In this document: one piece after another, positions 1-11,335 of the stretch
Position numbering within the stretch: the stretch's first letter is position 1
Layout: each line of letters starts with the position of its first letter
Assembly (NCBI RefSeq): GCF_000372725.1
Contig: NW_005201912.1
Span: 1 to 64,000, forward strand
Length of the DNA stretch: 64,000 nucleotides
Reading direction: 5' to 3'
Source of the DNA: Emiliania huxleyi CCMP1516
Taxonomy: Eukaryota
Translations under genes and position numbers: made by a program
Notes under the pieces: model-generated
Database searches by the model: none
Told to the model about the DNA's origin: nothing
What the model saw: the letters and a program-made list of their open reading frames with translations, nothing else

Positions 1-686
1 CCCCCCTAGCATGTGGTGGGCACCCCCCAGCAGTTCGTGGGCTAGGAATAGCCGCCAGAGAGCCGATTTTGCCCCCAAAGTTGTGAAATCGTGGCTGAAA
101 GTCCAATATCTTGGAGAATCTGACCAGTCTCAAGGCTCATGTAGCTCCAAAGGATGATTTCCCCCTCGAAAATGCTGCGAAATGAGGCGTAAAATCAAGG
201 GCCCGGAGGGTCTGACCACGAGTCTCTGGGGGGGTCCTCGGCCACGACCCCCCCCCTAGCATGTGGTGAAGGTGCTGGGGGGGTCGGGACCCCCCCCCTA
301 GCATGTGGTGAAGCCTCTGGGGGGGGTCGGACCCCCCCCCTAGCATGTGGGGGGCACCCCCCAGCAGTTCGTGGGCTAGGAATAGCCGCCAGAGAGCCGA
401 TTTTGCCCCCAAAGTTGTGAAATCCTGGCTGAAAGTCCAATATCTTGGAGAATCTGACCAGTCTCAAGGCTCATGTAGCTCCAAAGGATGATTTCCCCCT
501 CGAAAATGCTGCTAAATGAGGCGTAAAATCAAGGGCCCGGAGGGTCTGACCACGAGTCTCTGGGGGGGTCCTCGGCCATGACCCCCCCCCTAGCATGTGG
601 TGAAGGTGCTGGGGGGGGCGGGACCCCCCCCCTAGCATGTGGTGAAGGTGCTGGGGGGGGTCGGACCCCCCCCCTAGCATGTGGTG
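1..686. repeat. Satellite, ~334-bp unit with internal ~42-bp G/C-tract subrepeats
   Basis: GGCTCATGTAGCTCCAAAGGATG recurs at ~135 and ~468; the subunit GACCCCCCCCCTAGCATGTGGTGAAGG..GGGGGGG repeats several times per unit. Confidence 0.9.
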
Positions 687-689
687 TGC

Positions 690-2369
690 AGAGAAGTGCG
701 CCCCCCTCCCTGGAAGCGATGTCCGCCTGCTCCGCCCGTATCTGTGGAATTTCCGTCCCGTCGAGGAGTCGCATTGGCGCGCCTTCTATTCGTCCGCGTA
801 ATATAGCTGTGGCACCCGCCCGTTTTCTCCTTTTGTGACTGCGAATCCTCTCGCGTACTTTGACACCGTCCATTGTTCCATTGCTATCGGCATCTTCGCC
901 CTCGACCCTCCGTTCGGGTCGCCCTGGCCCGTGCCTCGATCCAGGGGGAAAATGCGTCCGACAGCCCGTGTTCGGTCTCAAATTGCCCTGTAACGTTTGT
1001 GTGTAGCGCCTTGATCACCGCGCTGATCTCGGGTTCTACTCCCAGCGCCGCCTCGAGCTCAAATTGTATCTCCTTCGCAATGCTCATGAAGCATGTTGAC
1101 AGATCCTGGAAGCCGATGCATATTTCGCGTCCTTCGATCGCCGCCTGCTCTATCATTAATCGTACCGTCACTATCATCTCTGCGCACATCCGTCCCGATT
1201 CCCATCCCGCCTGAGATCCTGGTATGACCTTGGCGTTTACCTCGTCGTACTCGTTGCTTAGCATGTGCATGACTAGCTTCTGTCCGTGTGCCACGAGCCA
1301 CAGGTCTCTATATTGCGCAATGTCACTTGCTGTGCCGCCGGCCTTGAGCGTTAGCATCGCGATCCATTCCGTCCTCTCCCGTCTCCCCTCGGTCCCGTTC
1401 CGCCTCCCCCGCTAGCCTCGACCACCGGCCAATCTGTTAACAGAGCGACGCGCGGTGCGTCTTCGCCGCTGGCCGCTCCTCGTCTCTTCGCGTCTTGCCC
1501 TTCTTTCGCTTGTTCCGGATCGCCGTCGCCGCCGCTTCCATCATAGCCTGTGCCTCTTCGATGTATGATTTCCCTCCTCCCGTCCTTGTCCACGTCTCTC
1601 CTCCTATTTGCCACATGTTCTTCATGGACCCCGTCTCGTTCACGTACGTCGCCCATTCCGCCTCGTCCCAGTCGTCTAGTTTCACTCCAATCCGCCTGTG
1701 TTGTCCTTCGTCGGCGTTTCCCTCTGCGATTATGATGTCGGCGTGTATAATTTTGTGATCGTCTTTCTCTCCTGGCATGACCTCCGCCTCGCTTGCTCGT
1801 GCTCGTGTCTGCGCGTCGACTATTATGTGATCAATCTCCCTTCCCCCCCTGTGTGTCGCGACGCCCGTGCCCAGCGACTCCATTTGTTCGGTCTCTAGCA
1901 GGTCATCCATTTCCGTGTCCGCTGTCCCCATTTGCCTCCCTCCCCCCTCCACCCATTTCCGCGTCACAGCGTTCATGTCGCCGATGATGAGCACCCTCTC
2001 GTGCGTGTCGTGTCGTATCGCTTCTTTGAGCTCCTTCCACGCCTTGACGATTTCGTCATTGCTCTTTCCTGTATCGGGCATATACGCGCCGTACACGCTG
2101 ATTCGGTGTTTCCCATCGAGTGTTTCGAGTATCACCCTCCTCACTCGTGCAGCGATTATGTCGACCTCTTGTTCTGGTTCAACTTTTTTGAGTTTGTCGG
2201 TGTTCCATACGATGGTCACGCCACATCGTTCGCCCGCGTCCGCGCTTGGCGTTTTGCGGATCGCTGCTCGTGCCCGCCCCCGATGTCGCTCCTGTCTGCC
2301 CTGTGTTGGCGTCGGCGTCGGTGTCGCCCTCCCTCTCGCCGCAGGCAATACTGGCACCATACCCCTCAA
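690..2369 (-). mobile_element. Decayed non-LTR retrotransposon (APE endonuclease + RT), frameshifted
   Basis: ORF 1437-2369 has APE motifs LIIGDMNA, IDHIIV, DDHKII; ORF 884-1357 has YRDLWL, QAGW..GR, FQDLSTCF; after a frameshift the minus strand reads GTGQGDP (~915-935) and QLYYADE* (~786-810). Confidence 0.88.
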
Positions 2370-3273
2370 GATCCCATCTCCCTATCACTGCAGCTCTCTC
2401 GTCCTCTGTCGTCGTGCTCTCCGAGATGACACCAAGATCGCCGCGATGGTCATTCATCATCTTGATCACGCATGCCATCGCGTCACTCGGTGTGGTGGCC
2501 AGGTCCTTCCACTGCCCGTGTCTCTCCTCCTGTATGTGTCACTTTTTCTTGTTACCATATGTTGGCCAGGTCGGTTGTATGCGAATATTCGGATCGTCTT
2601 GTCGTCGGCCTTGCTGTTTCGCCGTCTTCTTCCGACTGCGTCGCCTTCCTCGCACGCTCTCCGTCGTCTCCCAAGCATTCTCTCATTGTCTGTGAGGCTC
2701 CTGTGACGCGGTATCGCAAGGCTTTGTGCTCTCAAGTTTCGGCGTCTCGCGGACGCCTCGCTCGTTGGTGGCTCCTGTCTCGTTCTGCTCCTCTCCCGTG
2801 CTTGTCCTCCCATTGTCTCGGGTTGTCGCTCTTCTCTGACGCAGCCCTCGTGCCAAGACGCAAAGGGGTGCGGGGGCGGGGGGGACCCGCGCGGTAACGC
2901 CGGTTCCTTCGTCCCACGTCCGCCTCGGCTGCCGCAGCACTCGTCCTCTCCCGAGCACTTTTAGATTTACGCTCCGCAGGTGCAACAACATTGCCAACAA
3001 CATACCAGAACACCGTAACAACAGTCAACACGGCGGCACTGCTGCGGCACTCTCCTGCGGGAAGGTTCCGAGAAGATTCAAAAGGAGACGCCCTCCGGTC
3101 GCCTCACGGCTCACGGCCCGGAGGGCGCGCCGCCTCGCTCGTGCCCCTCCCCCTCCGCATGCGCCCAATACAGACAAAGGCAGCTCCAGCTGCCTGGGAA
3201 TACCAGCAAGAGTGCAGCATGGTGACGGTCTCGCCGCCGCCGCCGCCCCTCGGGTCGCCCTCGGCCCGCGTCG

Positions 3274-4794
3274 TCACAGGTCGGAGAGGATCTCTCGCTG
3301 CCGCGCCTCGAAGTTGGGATCCGAGATGAGCCCCTCATCATGGAGGCTCTTGAGCTCAACCAGCCGCTCGCGCACGCTCCGCTCCACGCGAGGCCGCTGC
3401 GCCGGCCGCGCCGCATCGCTCCCGCCCGCGCCGCCCGCGCCGCCGCCCGCGCCGCCCGCGCCGCCGCCCGCGCCGCCGCCCGCGCCGCCGACGTCGATCG
3501 CGTTTGCGCGCCCCTCAGCGTCAATCTCCTCGCGCGTGCGCACGCCGGTGATGCCGCCCGCGCCCGGCCGGAGCACGGCGATGATGCGGTCGCCATCCTG
3601 CGCGAGGGAAGGGAGGGGCTAGGGTGTGGGAAGCGGAGGGCCCAAGGCGCGGCACGAGCCCGCGGCGCCTTGAGCTGCGCGACGTCCGCGTCTCGCGAAA
3701 GGCCAACCTCGTTCGAGCCAACCTGACGGGCGGGCGGGCAGGTCGGCAGGAGAGCAGCAGGGCAGTGAGGGCCGGCCGGCAGAGGGAGGCGCCGCGAGGA
3801 GGAGGCGTGAGACATCCTCCCTCTCGCAGCCGAGCGACTCGACGGCGGCTCCGGCAAGCTCCGCAATCGTCGCGCCTCGGAAGGCGAGCGAGGCGGCAGG
3901 AGCGGTCGAGCCGCGCCGGAGCAGCAGCAGCTGCAGCGGCGCGCGCGCGGCCGTGGTGAAGCGCGCGCTCCAGTCCCCGACGATGTAGCTGCAGCCGCAC
4001 GCCGCGCCAAACTTTCTCGCGTCGAGCGTCACCTCGTACTCGGTCGACGGCTGCAGCGGCGCGCTGGGCGTGAAGGAGATGGCGCGGGTGGCGGCGTCGT
4101 ACGCCACGGCGCCTGGAACCACCTCGTCCTCGTCCTCGTCGCCGCCGCTGTCGTCGACGCGCCGCAGAGTGAGCGCGCCCTCGGGCAGGACGCTGGTGAT
4201 GTTCCTGTCGACGAGGACGGAGACCGAGGTGGCGCACGGCACGTCGGTCGCATCGTCGGCAGGTGTGCTGGAGAGGACGTGGTTCGAAAGGAGGTCGCCC
4301 TGGCCGCGGAGGCGGAGGATGAGGTGCAGCGTCGACTCGTTTTGGATGTTGTAGTCGATGAGGGTGCGGCCGTCCTCGAGCTGCTTGGCCGCGAAGATGA
4401 GGCGCTGCTGGTCGGGCGGGATGCTCTCTTTGTCCTGGATCTTGGCCTTGACGTTGTCGATCGAGTCGGAGGGCATAACGTCGAGAACGATAGTCTTGCC
4501 GGTCAACGTCTTCACGAAAATTTTCATTGATCGATCCATCACGAGGGCCAGATCCAAGGTGGTGCCGTCGGTGATGCCGAGGCTGTCGAGCGGAGAGGTA
4601 GAGACCAAACGGCACAGGTCGAGTTTGTTGACAGACCGGTCCAGCAGCTTGAAGGCCAGCACGTCCTCGCGATCCAGCTGCGCGCGCACCCACTGCCGCT
4701 CACTGAGCTTCTGCTTGAGCTCTTCGAGAGTAGCGTCTGCGCGAAGCCGGACGGAGAACGACTGCCCGTGGCCCTGCACTTTGACGGTGACCAT
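3274..4794 (-). CDS. Ubl + ubiquitin + Ig-like (Big_5/SbsA-like) + Ubl-like + SHOCT protein, ~3 exons
   Basis: ATG 4794; ubiquitin-like [12 protein letters not shown]...LRLRGQ at 4300-4527; [32 protein letters not shown] (Big_5-like); last exon [30 protein letters not shown] (SHOCT-like); introns inferred near 3600-3668 and 3723-3795. Confidence 0.78.
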
Positions 4795-5001
4795 GGCGGC
4801 GGCTTTTGGGAGGGGGCGCGCGGCCCGCCGTGGACTCTGGCTGGGCGGTCGCTCGAGTCCCCTGGGCGGTCGCGTTTTTCTTTCAGCACTGGAAATTCTT
4901 GCAGAAGAAATTCTCTTTTCTTCTACCCCATAGCGGAGCGTTTTTCTTTTTTCTATCAGTCCTTTTGCGCACCGCCGCTGAGAGTCATCCTGGCAACACA
5001 T

Positions 5002-7104
5002 ATGCGCGCCTTCGTCCGCCTCTTCTCCAGCGAGCGGGTCCTCACCCTCGACCTCCCGCCGTCCACGACGATCCGCGCACTCAAGGAAGCCGTGATCGAG
5101 AGCGGACAGCTTCCCGCTGGATCTCCTCCTGCCGACGGCTTCACCGTCCGTCTCCACTCTCGCAGCCTCCCAGACGACGCGGCGCTCGAGGCGTGCACGT
5201 CGAGCACGCAGTGCACAAACGCAGTTCACGTCGCTCTCGTGAGGGCGCAAGTCCCGTCGGCGGCGGTGACGTGCTGCTCGCCAGAGCCTGGCACCTGCAG
5301 AGCTCCGCTTGACGCCGCGATTTGCTGCACTGTGCCCGCGTCAGTCGCCGACCCTTCCGCGGCCATCGAGGTGCGTGGCTGGATGGACCAGCACGTCTCT
5401 GGGCGCGCGAGCTTCGACGCCGCCACTCGAGTGCTTCGATTTGAGCCAGAGGACCCTCTGCTGCCCGAGCGAACCTACGTCGCCGTCGTGCGAGCCGCTG
5501 CAGCGGGCGAGGCGGCGTGGCAGTTCCGAACGGAGTCGCTCCCACCCGTTCGCGTGATCGTCGCTCTCGCCAGTTCCCGCAAGCGGCCGCTCGAGGCTTC
5601 GGACGCGGCCTCGGACGAGCGGCGGCTTGTCACGCTGCAGCGGCGCGAGGCGCCTTTGGCGGAGCTGCAGGCGGCTGTGCGGAGCGCCTTTGAGGTGCCC
5701 AACGAGGAGCACCGCTTCTCGCTGGTCGGCGGCGCTGACCTCGACGCCTCTGGCGTCACGCGGCTGCGCGAGGGGGAGGTGGTTCACTGCACGACGTTGC
5801 GGCCCGCCGACCAGACAGTGCGGGTACACAGCGACGCGCAGGCCCTCTCGCACGCAGAGTACCGCCGCGAGCACTACGTGAATTCGCCGTCTGGCTACTT
5901 CGCCGTCTGCGGCAAGCTGACCCCCCCTGAGGAGCACGAGCTGCTCCTGGCTGTGGTGGCTGCCTTCGAGACCGACGCGCTGCCTATGCCGCCGGGGCCG
6001 CCAGAGCCGTTTGCCGCCGCCACCGGCATCCCCGCCTCCTCCGTTTCCAGCTGCCGCGCGGACGCCGCCGAAGTGTCTCCCCAGTTGATTGCGAAGCGGT
6101 GGGGCGGCCCAGATGCTCCGCGCTGCTGCAGCCTCCACCGCCCAGCCGAGCTCCTCGCCGAGTGGCGTCGCTCGGGCTTCGCCGTCGTCGCGCTGCCGCC
6201 ACAGGCGCGCAGCGCAGTGGAGGTGCTCCGCTCGGAGTGGGCGTCCTTCTGCGCCCTGCCGATCGAGAGCAAGCAGGCGGGCGCGGCGCGGCAGTACCTC
6301 GGCTACCACTACCGGCCTCACTTTTGCAAGGCGCGCACTGCCCTCCCCGCCACTCTGCCCACGCCCCCGCGCCACTCCTCTCCTCAACCAGCGCCCACCT
6401 CTGCCTAGGAGCTCTTCCAGCTTCGAGGCGGCGCAGACGCCGCCGCGGCCTTCCCCCCCGCCGCTGCGGCCCTGCGCCGCTCCGCAGAGCGCGCGTACGA
6501 CGCACTTGCCGCAGTCGCTGCCGACGCGGTCGGTGTTGCTTGCGGCGCCATGGGCATGGCAGCTGAGCTGGCGACCTCGCTGCTCGAGCCGCCACTCGCG
6601 GAGCAGGCGTCGCGGGCGGCGCTCTCCCAAAGCAACCTTACGCTCTTCCGGTACTCGCCGAGCTTGGGCGCGGCGGGCGAGGTGGCGCGGGACGTGCACT
6701 GCCCGTACCACACCGACGTTGGCCTGGCGACGCTCATCCCCCTCGGAGCCAGCCCCGGCCTGCACGTGTTCGACCACACGCCGGGGCGCGAGGGGTGGGT
6801 CGACATCGAAGCGGGCGCACCCGAGGGCCTCGCGCTCCTCTTTGGCGGCGAGACGCTCCACCGCCTCTCCAACCATTGGATGCTGCCGGCCGTGCACCAG
6901 GTCGCGCACGTCGCCGCCGAGCGGCTCTCGTGCCCGCTGCAGCTCCTCGCGGCTGCCGAGGCCCAGCTCGACAGCCGCCTTCTCGATCGCAGCACGGTGG
7001 GGCCGCTCCTCGCAGAGTGTGCGAGTCCAGTGACTGCGGGGGAGCACGTGGCGCGCGTGAGTGCGTCGCGAGTGTCGTCCAATTTTCCGCGTGTGAGTGT
7101 GTAG
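5002..7104 (+). CDS. Ubl + Ig-like + Ubl-like + 2OG-Fe(II) dioxygenase (IPNS/DIOX-like), 2 exons
   Basis: ATG 5002; [32 protein letters not shown] (Big_5-like); GC-AG intron 6331-6408 joins FCK|ELFQLR in frame; HTD (HxD), PAVHQV and RLS motifs. Confidence 0.8.
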
Positions 7105-7167
7105 AGGCGAGATGTCGGCCCGGTTTCTTTTTTCGCACAACACTCTGGCACGGTGGACAGTGGACTC

Positions 7168-7228
7168 GGGACTGGCGCGCACTGGCACTAACACAGGTAC
7201 ACCACGGGAGCCGCCTAAGCGACTCCCG
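7168..7228 (+). repeat. Dispersed short repeat GGGACTGGCGCGCACTGGCACTAACACAGGTA, followed here by a hairpin
   Basis: Also at ~38802, ~38918, inverted at ~40176-40212, partial at ~56855; GGGAGCCGC-CTAA-GCGACTCCC hairpin at ~7206-7227. Confidence 0.85.
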
Positions 7229-7694
7229 CGAGGACGGCAAGTCTTTATAAAATTCTCCGACTAAAAAAGCTCGCACAACAAGCCCCGTAGACGAGCCGTA
7301 TCACAACGGTCAACCTCAACGCAAAAAGTGCGTACAACTACAAGAACACATACACAACGATACAGCATGCACACTTGCACACTTGCATGCAGCATGCAAC
7401 CAGTGAATCTGACGTACGTACACGTACGGCTCTGCTAGACACGATCACTGAAAAGCAGCGACCGTGCACAGAGTCAAGTGTATAGAGCTTCTACGCACAC
7501 GGCGGAGCACTCTAATAGCCTGCCGGCACCTCGACATCACATGCAAGTACCCTCCCACCTAACCTGTCCTCTGCCGAGTGCCAGGTGCATGCCTCCTGCC
7601 AAGCGAGCGCCCCATCCCTCTTCGCTTGCGACACATGTTGTGCTCCGCCCCCCCCCCCGCCGTTCCAGCGCCCCTCTTATGCCTCTGGGTCGCC

Positions 7695-9427
7695 CTAAAG
7701 CCGCCTCCGCTTGCACATCCCGAGCGGCGGCGGCCGCAGTGCGCCCCCGCCCGCCTCCTTGCCCGCCGTGACCTGCTCGAGCTTGGCGAGAAGGGAGGCG
7801 GCCCGCTTCTTCTCCAAGAAGGTCGCCTGGGGGGGGGGGGGGGGGGGCCCACCCNNNNNNNNNNNNNNNNNNNNNNNNNNNNNNNNNNNNNNNNNNNNNN
7901 NNNNNNNNNNNNNNNNNNNNNNNNNNNNNNNNNNNNNNNNNNNNNNNNNNNNNNNNNNNNNNNNNNNNNNNNNNNNNNNNNNNNNNNNNNNNNNNNNNNN
8001 NNNNNNNNNNNNNNNNNNNNNNNNNNNNNNNNNNNNNNNNNNNNNNNNNNNNNNNNNNNNNNNNNNNNNNNNNNNNNNNNNNNNNNNNNNNNNNNNNNNN
8101 NNNNNNNNNNNNNNNNNNNNNNNNNNNNNNNNNNNNNNNNNNNNNNNNNNNNNNNNNNNNNNNNNNNNNNNNNNNNNNNNNNNNNNNNNNNNNNNNNNNN
8201 NNNNNNNNNNNNNNNNNNNNNNNNNNNNNNNNNNNNNNNNNNNNNNNNNNNNNNNNNNNNNNNNNNNNNNNNNNNNNNNNNNNNNNNNNNNNNNNNNNNN
8301 NNNNNNNNNNNNNNNNNNNNNNNNNNNNNNNNNNNNNNNNNNNNNNNNNNNNNNNNNNNNNNNNNNNNNNNNNNNNNNNNNNNNNNNNNCTTTTCCCTTT
8401 TTTTCCCTCCCTTCCTTTTTTTTTTTTTTTTTTTTCATCTCTCTCTTCTCCCCCTTTTTGGCCGGGGGCGGGGCCCAATAAAGGCCGCCCCCCCCCAATG
8501 AACTTCGGGAAAGTTCCCGAAGAGGGCCCCCGGCGGGTTTGAAGAAGGAAGGATGAGGGTGCTGTCAAAGGCTGTCCCGCGTTCGGAGAAGGAGCGGCTG
8601 CCTGTTCGCAGCTACAGCTGTGAAGAGACGCCGTTCACAGAAGGAGGTGCCCGCGCTCCGAGGGGGGGGGGGGGCGGCTGCCCGAGAGGGGCCCTCCCCA
8701 GCCGAGGGTGGAGAAGGCAAGGATGCCGGCGGCGTGGCCGACCACGCGCAGCCGGAAGGCCGTGTGCGTGAGGTGGAACCTACGCTTCCAGAAGGGGGGG
8801 GGGGGAGTCAGCGAGGGGCGTCCTCCCTCCGGGAGAAGGGCCGTGTGCGCGAGAGCTGACAACATGATAAAGATGAGGAAGAAGTGCGAGTAGTAGAAGA
8901 TCGCCAGCGAGCGCGGCACCGGCTCGAGCGACCCTGTCCAAACCTCGAGCCACTGCGCGACACAGCCGCAGACGAGCAGGGCCACCATCCTCTCCGCGCC
9001 GAGCCGGTACCCGAGCGCTGGGTCGGAGAGCTTGCTCAGAGAGTGCCTCGAGAGGAGCTGGACGACGCAGATGGGCGCCCAGATGAGAGAGATCGGCAGC
9101 AGCGTCGGCCAGACGAGCGGCGTGGCGAGGTGCTGGGCCAGGAAGAGGGCAAGCGCCGACTGCTGCAGCCAGTACGCATCGGCGTGCGTCCGGCTGCGCA
9201 GCTCCGCCTCGATGTCGTCGTCCGTGTAGCGCATGGTGAGCCTCTCGATGTGCACCTCGCTGCGTTGCGCTTCGAAGAAGGGGAGGCGCGCCTCCATCAC
9301 CGCCATCCGCACCTCTGGCGAGAGCGGCGACGGTCCCAGCGGCACGTAGCCCCTCTCTCCGCCGACAGCAGCAAAGCCCCCACCAGCGCACGCGCTGCGA
9401 AGCGCACGGCCGACAGCGCGCGCAGAG

Positions 9428-9458
<31 letters not shown>

Positions 9459-9620
9459 AGGAGGAGACGGCGGCGGAGGCGGAGGCGTGCGGCGGCGGTG
9501 GTGGGCATGCGAGGTGGTTGTGGTTGTGGTCGGGCGGGGAGGCGGGCGGGGAGAGGAGGTCGTGGAGAAACTCGATGTCGACGCTGCCGGGGGGGGGGGG
9601 GGGGAAAGTTTTTTTTTCAA
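7695..9620 (-). CDS. Partial multi-pass membrane protein of unknown function, interrupted by gaps
   Basis: ORF 8635-9345: RLTMRYTDDDIEAE followed by several hydrophobic helices; possible last exon FLEKKRAASLLAKLEQV near 7700-7830; boundaries uncertain. Confidence 0.5.
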
Positions 9621-9958
9621 GGGGGTGGGGGTGGCAAAAAGTTTATGTACGTGCTCCTTTAACTAGTATTTATATAGGGAGGGTTCCCCCNNNNNNNNNN
9701 NNNNNNNNNNNNNNNNNNNNNNNNNNNNNNNNNNNNNNNNNNNNNNNNNNNNNNNNNNNNNNNNNNNNNNNNNNNNNNNNNNNNNNNNNNTTGGGCAAAT
9801 GAAAAATGCGCGCGCCGAAGCGACAGGTGAAGAGAGAATTTAAGCGGGGCTCTTGTTCACACTCGAGTGTGGGGCCCTTTCTGGGGGCCGCGCGTGTCGG
9901 CGACGCCGTACAAGTAGACAATAGTTTCTTTAGATTTTCGCGGAAATCGCTTGGTTTC

Positions 9959-10940
9959 TTAAGCACGTTTTCTTACGGCCCTCAACAGACTGTAGACGAC
10001 GTTCCCGGTATGGCACCCCCGAAATATCAGCAGACTTCTTTTTCCTTTGAAGCGACCGAGGGAGGAGGGAGGGAGGGGATCGCCCCACCGGTCGCCGTCT
10101 GGCATCGTGGAGGGCAGCACGGCGGCGATCCGATCGAAGAGGGCGATGACGGCCGGCGGTGAGAATGCCTCGACCTGCAGCGCGACCGTGTAGCAGTGCC
10201 TGCCCGACTCGTCAGTGACGGGCTGCACTCGCACGAGGTGGCGCGAGGACGACGTGTCCTTGAGGTGCGACGTGATGACGACGGTGGTTGCGCGGCCAGC
10301 GCCGAGCGCCGAGTGGATCGCGTGCTTGGCCTCGGGCTCGGTCTCCTGCGGGAGATATGGGGAGATCTGGGGAGATCTGGGGAGATACGGATCGCGTGCT
10401 TGGCCCCGGGCTCGGTCTCCCTGCCGTCGAGGAGGCGGAGGGAGCGGCCCTCGAGCTCTCGGCGCGCGTATCCGGTCAGCGAGCAAAACAAGTCGTTGAC
10501 GAAGAGCACGCTCTGCTCGGCCGCCTGTGCGGAGATATGGCGAGATATGGCGAGATGTGAGGTGGCGAGAGAGTACGTATCACGCTCTGCTCGGCCGCCT
10601 CTTCCGCCGACGAGACCGTCATCGGGAGCGGGAGGCCCTGCCCCACCTATTATTATTATTATTATCATCATCATCATTATCATCATCATCATCATCATCA
10701 TTATTATTATCGTAGTGGGCTGCCGCACCTCACAGAGCATGTCGAGCCAGCCGCCCTGCGAGGGGGGCGGCAGGCCCGCGACGGCAGCCAGCCGGTCGAT
10801 ACCGTCGCTGCGGCGAGACTCCTCCTCGCCGCGCTCCGCCTGGGGAGAGGGGAGCAACCGCGAGTCATTTCCTTTTCGGGAAGGCAAGAGCCATCCGTGG
10901 CCGTGTGTGTGCCGCACACGCCTTGCCAGCTGGTCCAGGC
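9959..10940 (-). CDS. PAS domain (LOV-like, lacking the photoactive Cys), 3' exons of a gene
   Basis: Spliced reading LPLPMTVSSAEEAAEQSVLFVNDLFCSLTGYARRELEGRSLRLLDGRETEP..HAIHSAL..VITSHLKD..VQPVTDESG..YTVALQ; GRSLRLLD replaces GRNCRFLQ. Confidence 0.75.
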
Positions 10941-11123
10941 GAGAGATGGGGAGAGATGGGGAGAGGTGGGGAGAGATGGGGAGAGATGGGGAGCGATGGG
11001 GAGAGGTGGGGAGAGGTGGGGAGAGATGGGGAGAGGTGGGGAGAGGTGGGGAGAGATGGGGAGAGGTGGGGAGAGGTGGGGAGAGATGGGGAGAGATGGG
11101 GAGAGGTGGGGAGAGATGGGGAG
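10940..11123. repeat. 10-bp tandem repeat GGAGAG(A/G)TGG, intronic
   Basis: Direct reading; runs into an N gap. Confidence 0.95.
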
Positions 11124-11335
11124 NNNNNNNNNNNNNNNNNNNNNNNNNNNNNNNNNNNNNNNNNNNNNNNNNNNNNNNNNNNNNNNNNNNNNNNNNNNNN
11201 NNNNNNNNNNNNNNNNNNNNNNNNNNNNNNNNNNNNNNNNNNNNNNNNNNNNNNNNNNNNNNNNNNNNNNNNNNNNNNNNNNNNNNNNNNNNNCCGGGGG
11301 GGGGGGAGGGGTTTGGTGGGTGGGTGGGGGGAGGG

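Noticed and set aside
7537..8568. ORFs spanning N gaps (also 10027-11785, 12074-13006, 14833-15617)
   Set aside because: Artefacts of reading through Ns and low-quality homopolymer-rich contig ends
10000..10520. LOV photoreceptor (aureochrome/phototropin-like)
   Set aside because: The NCRFLQ cysteine and flavin-binding Asn residues are not conserved; called PAS only
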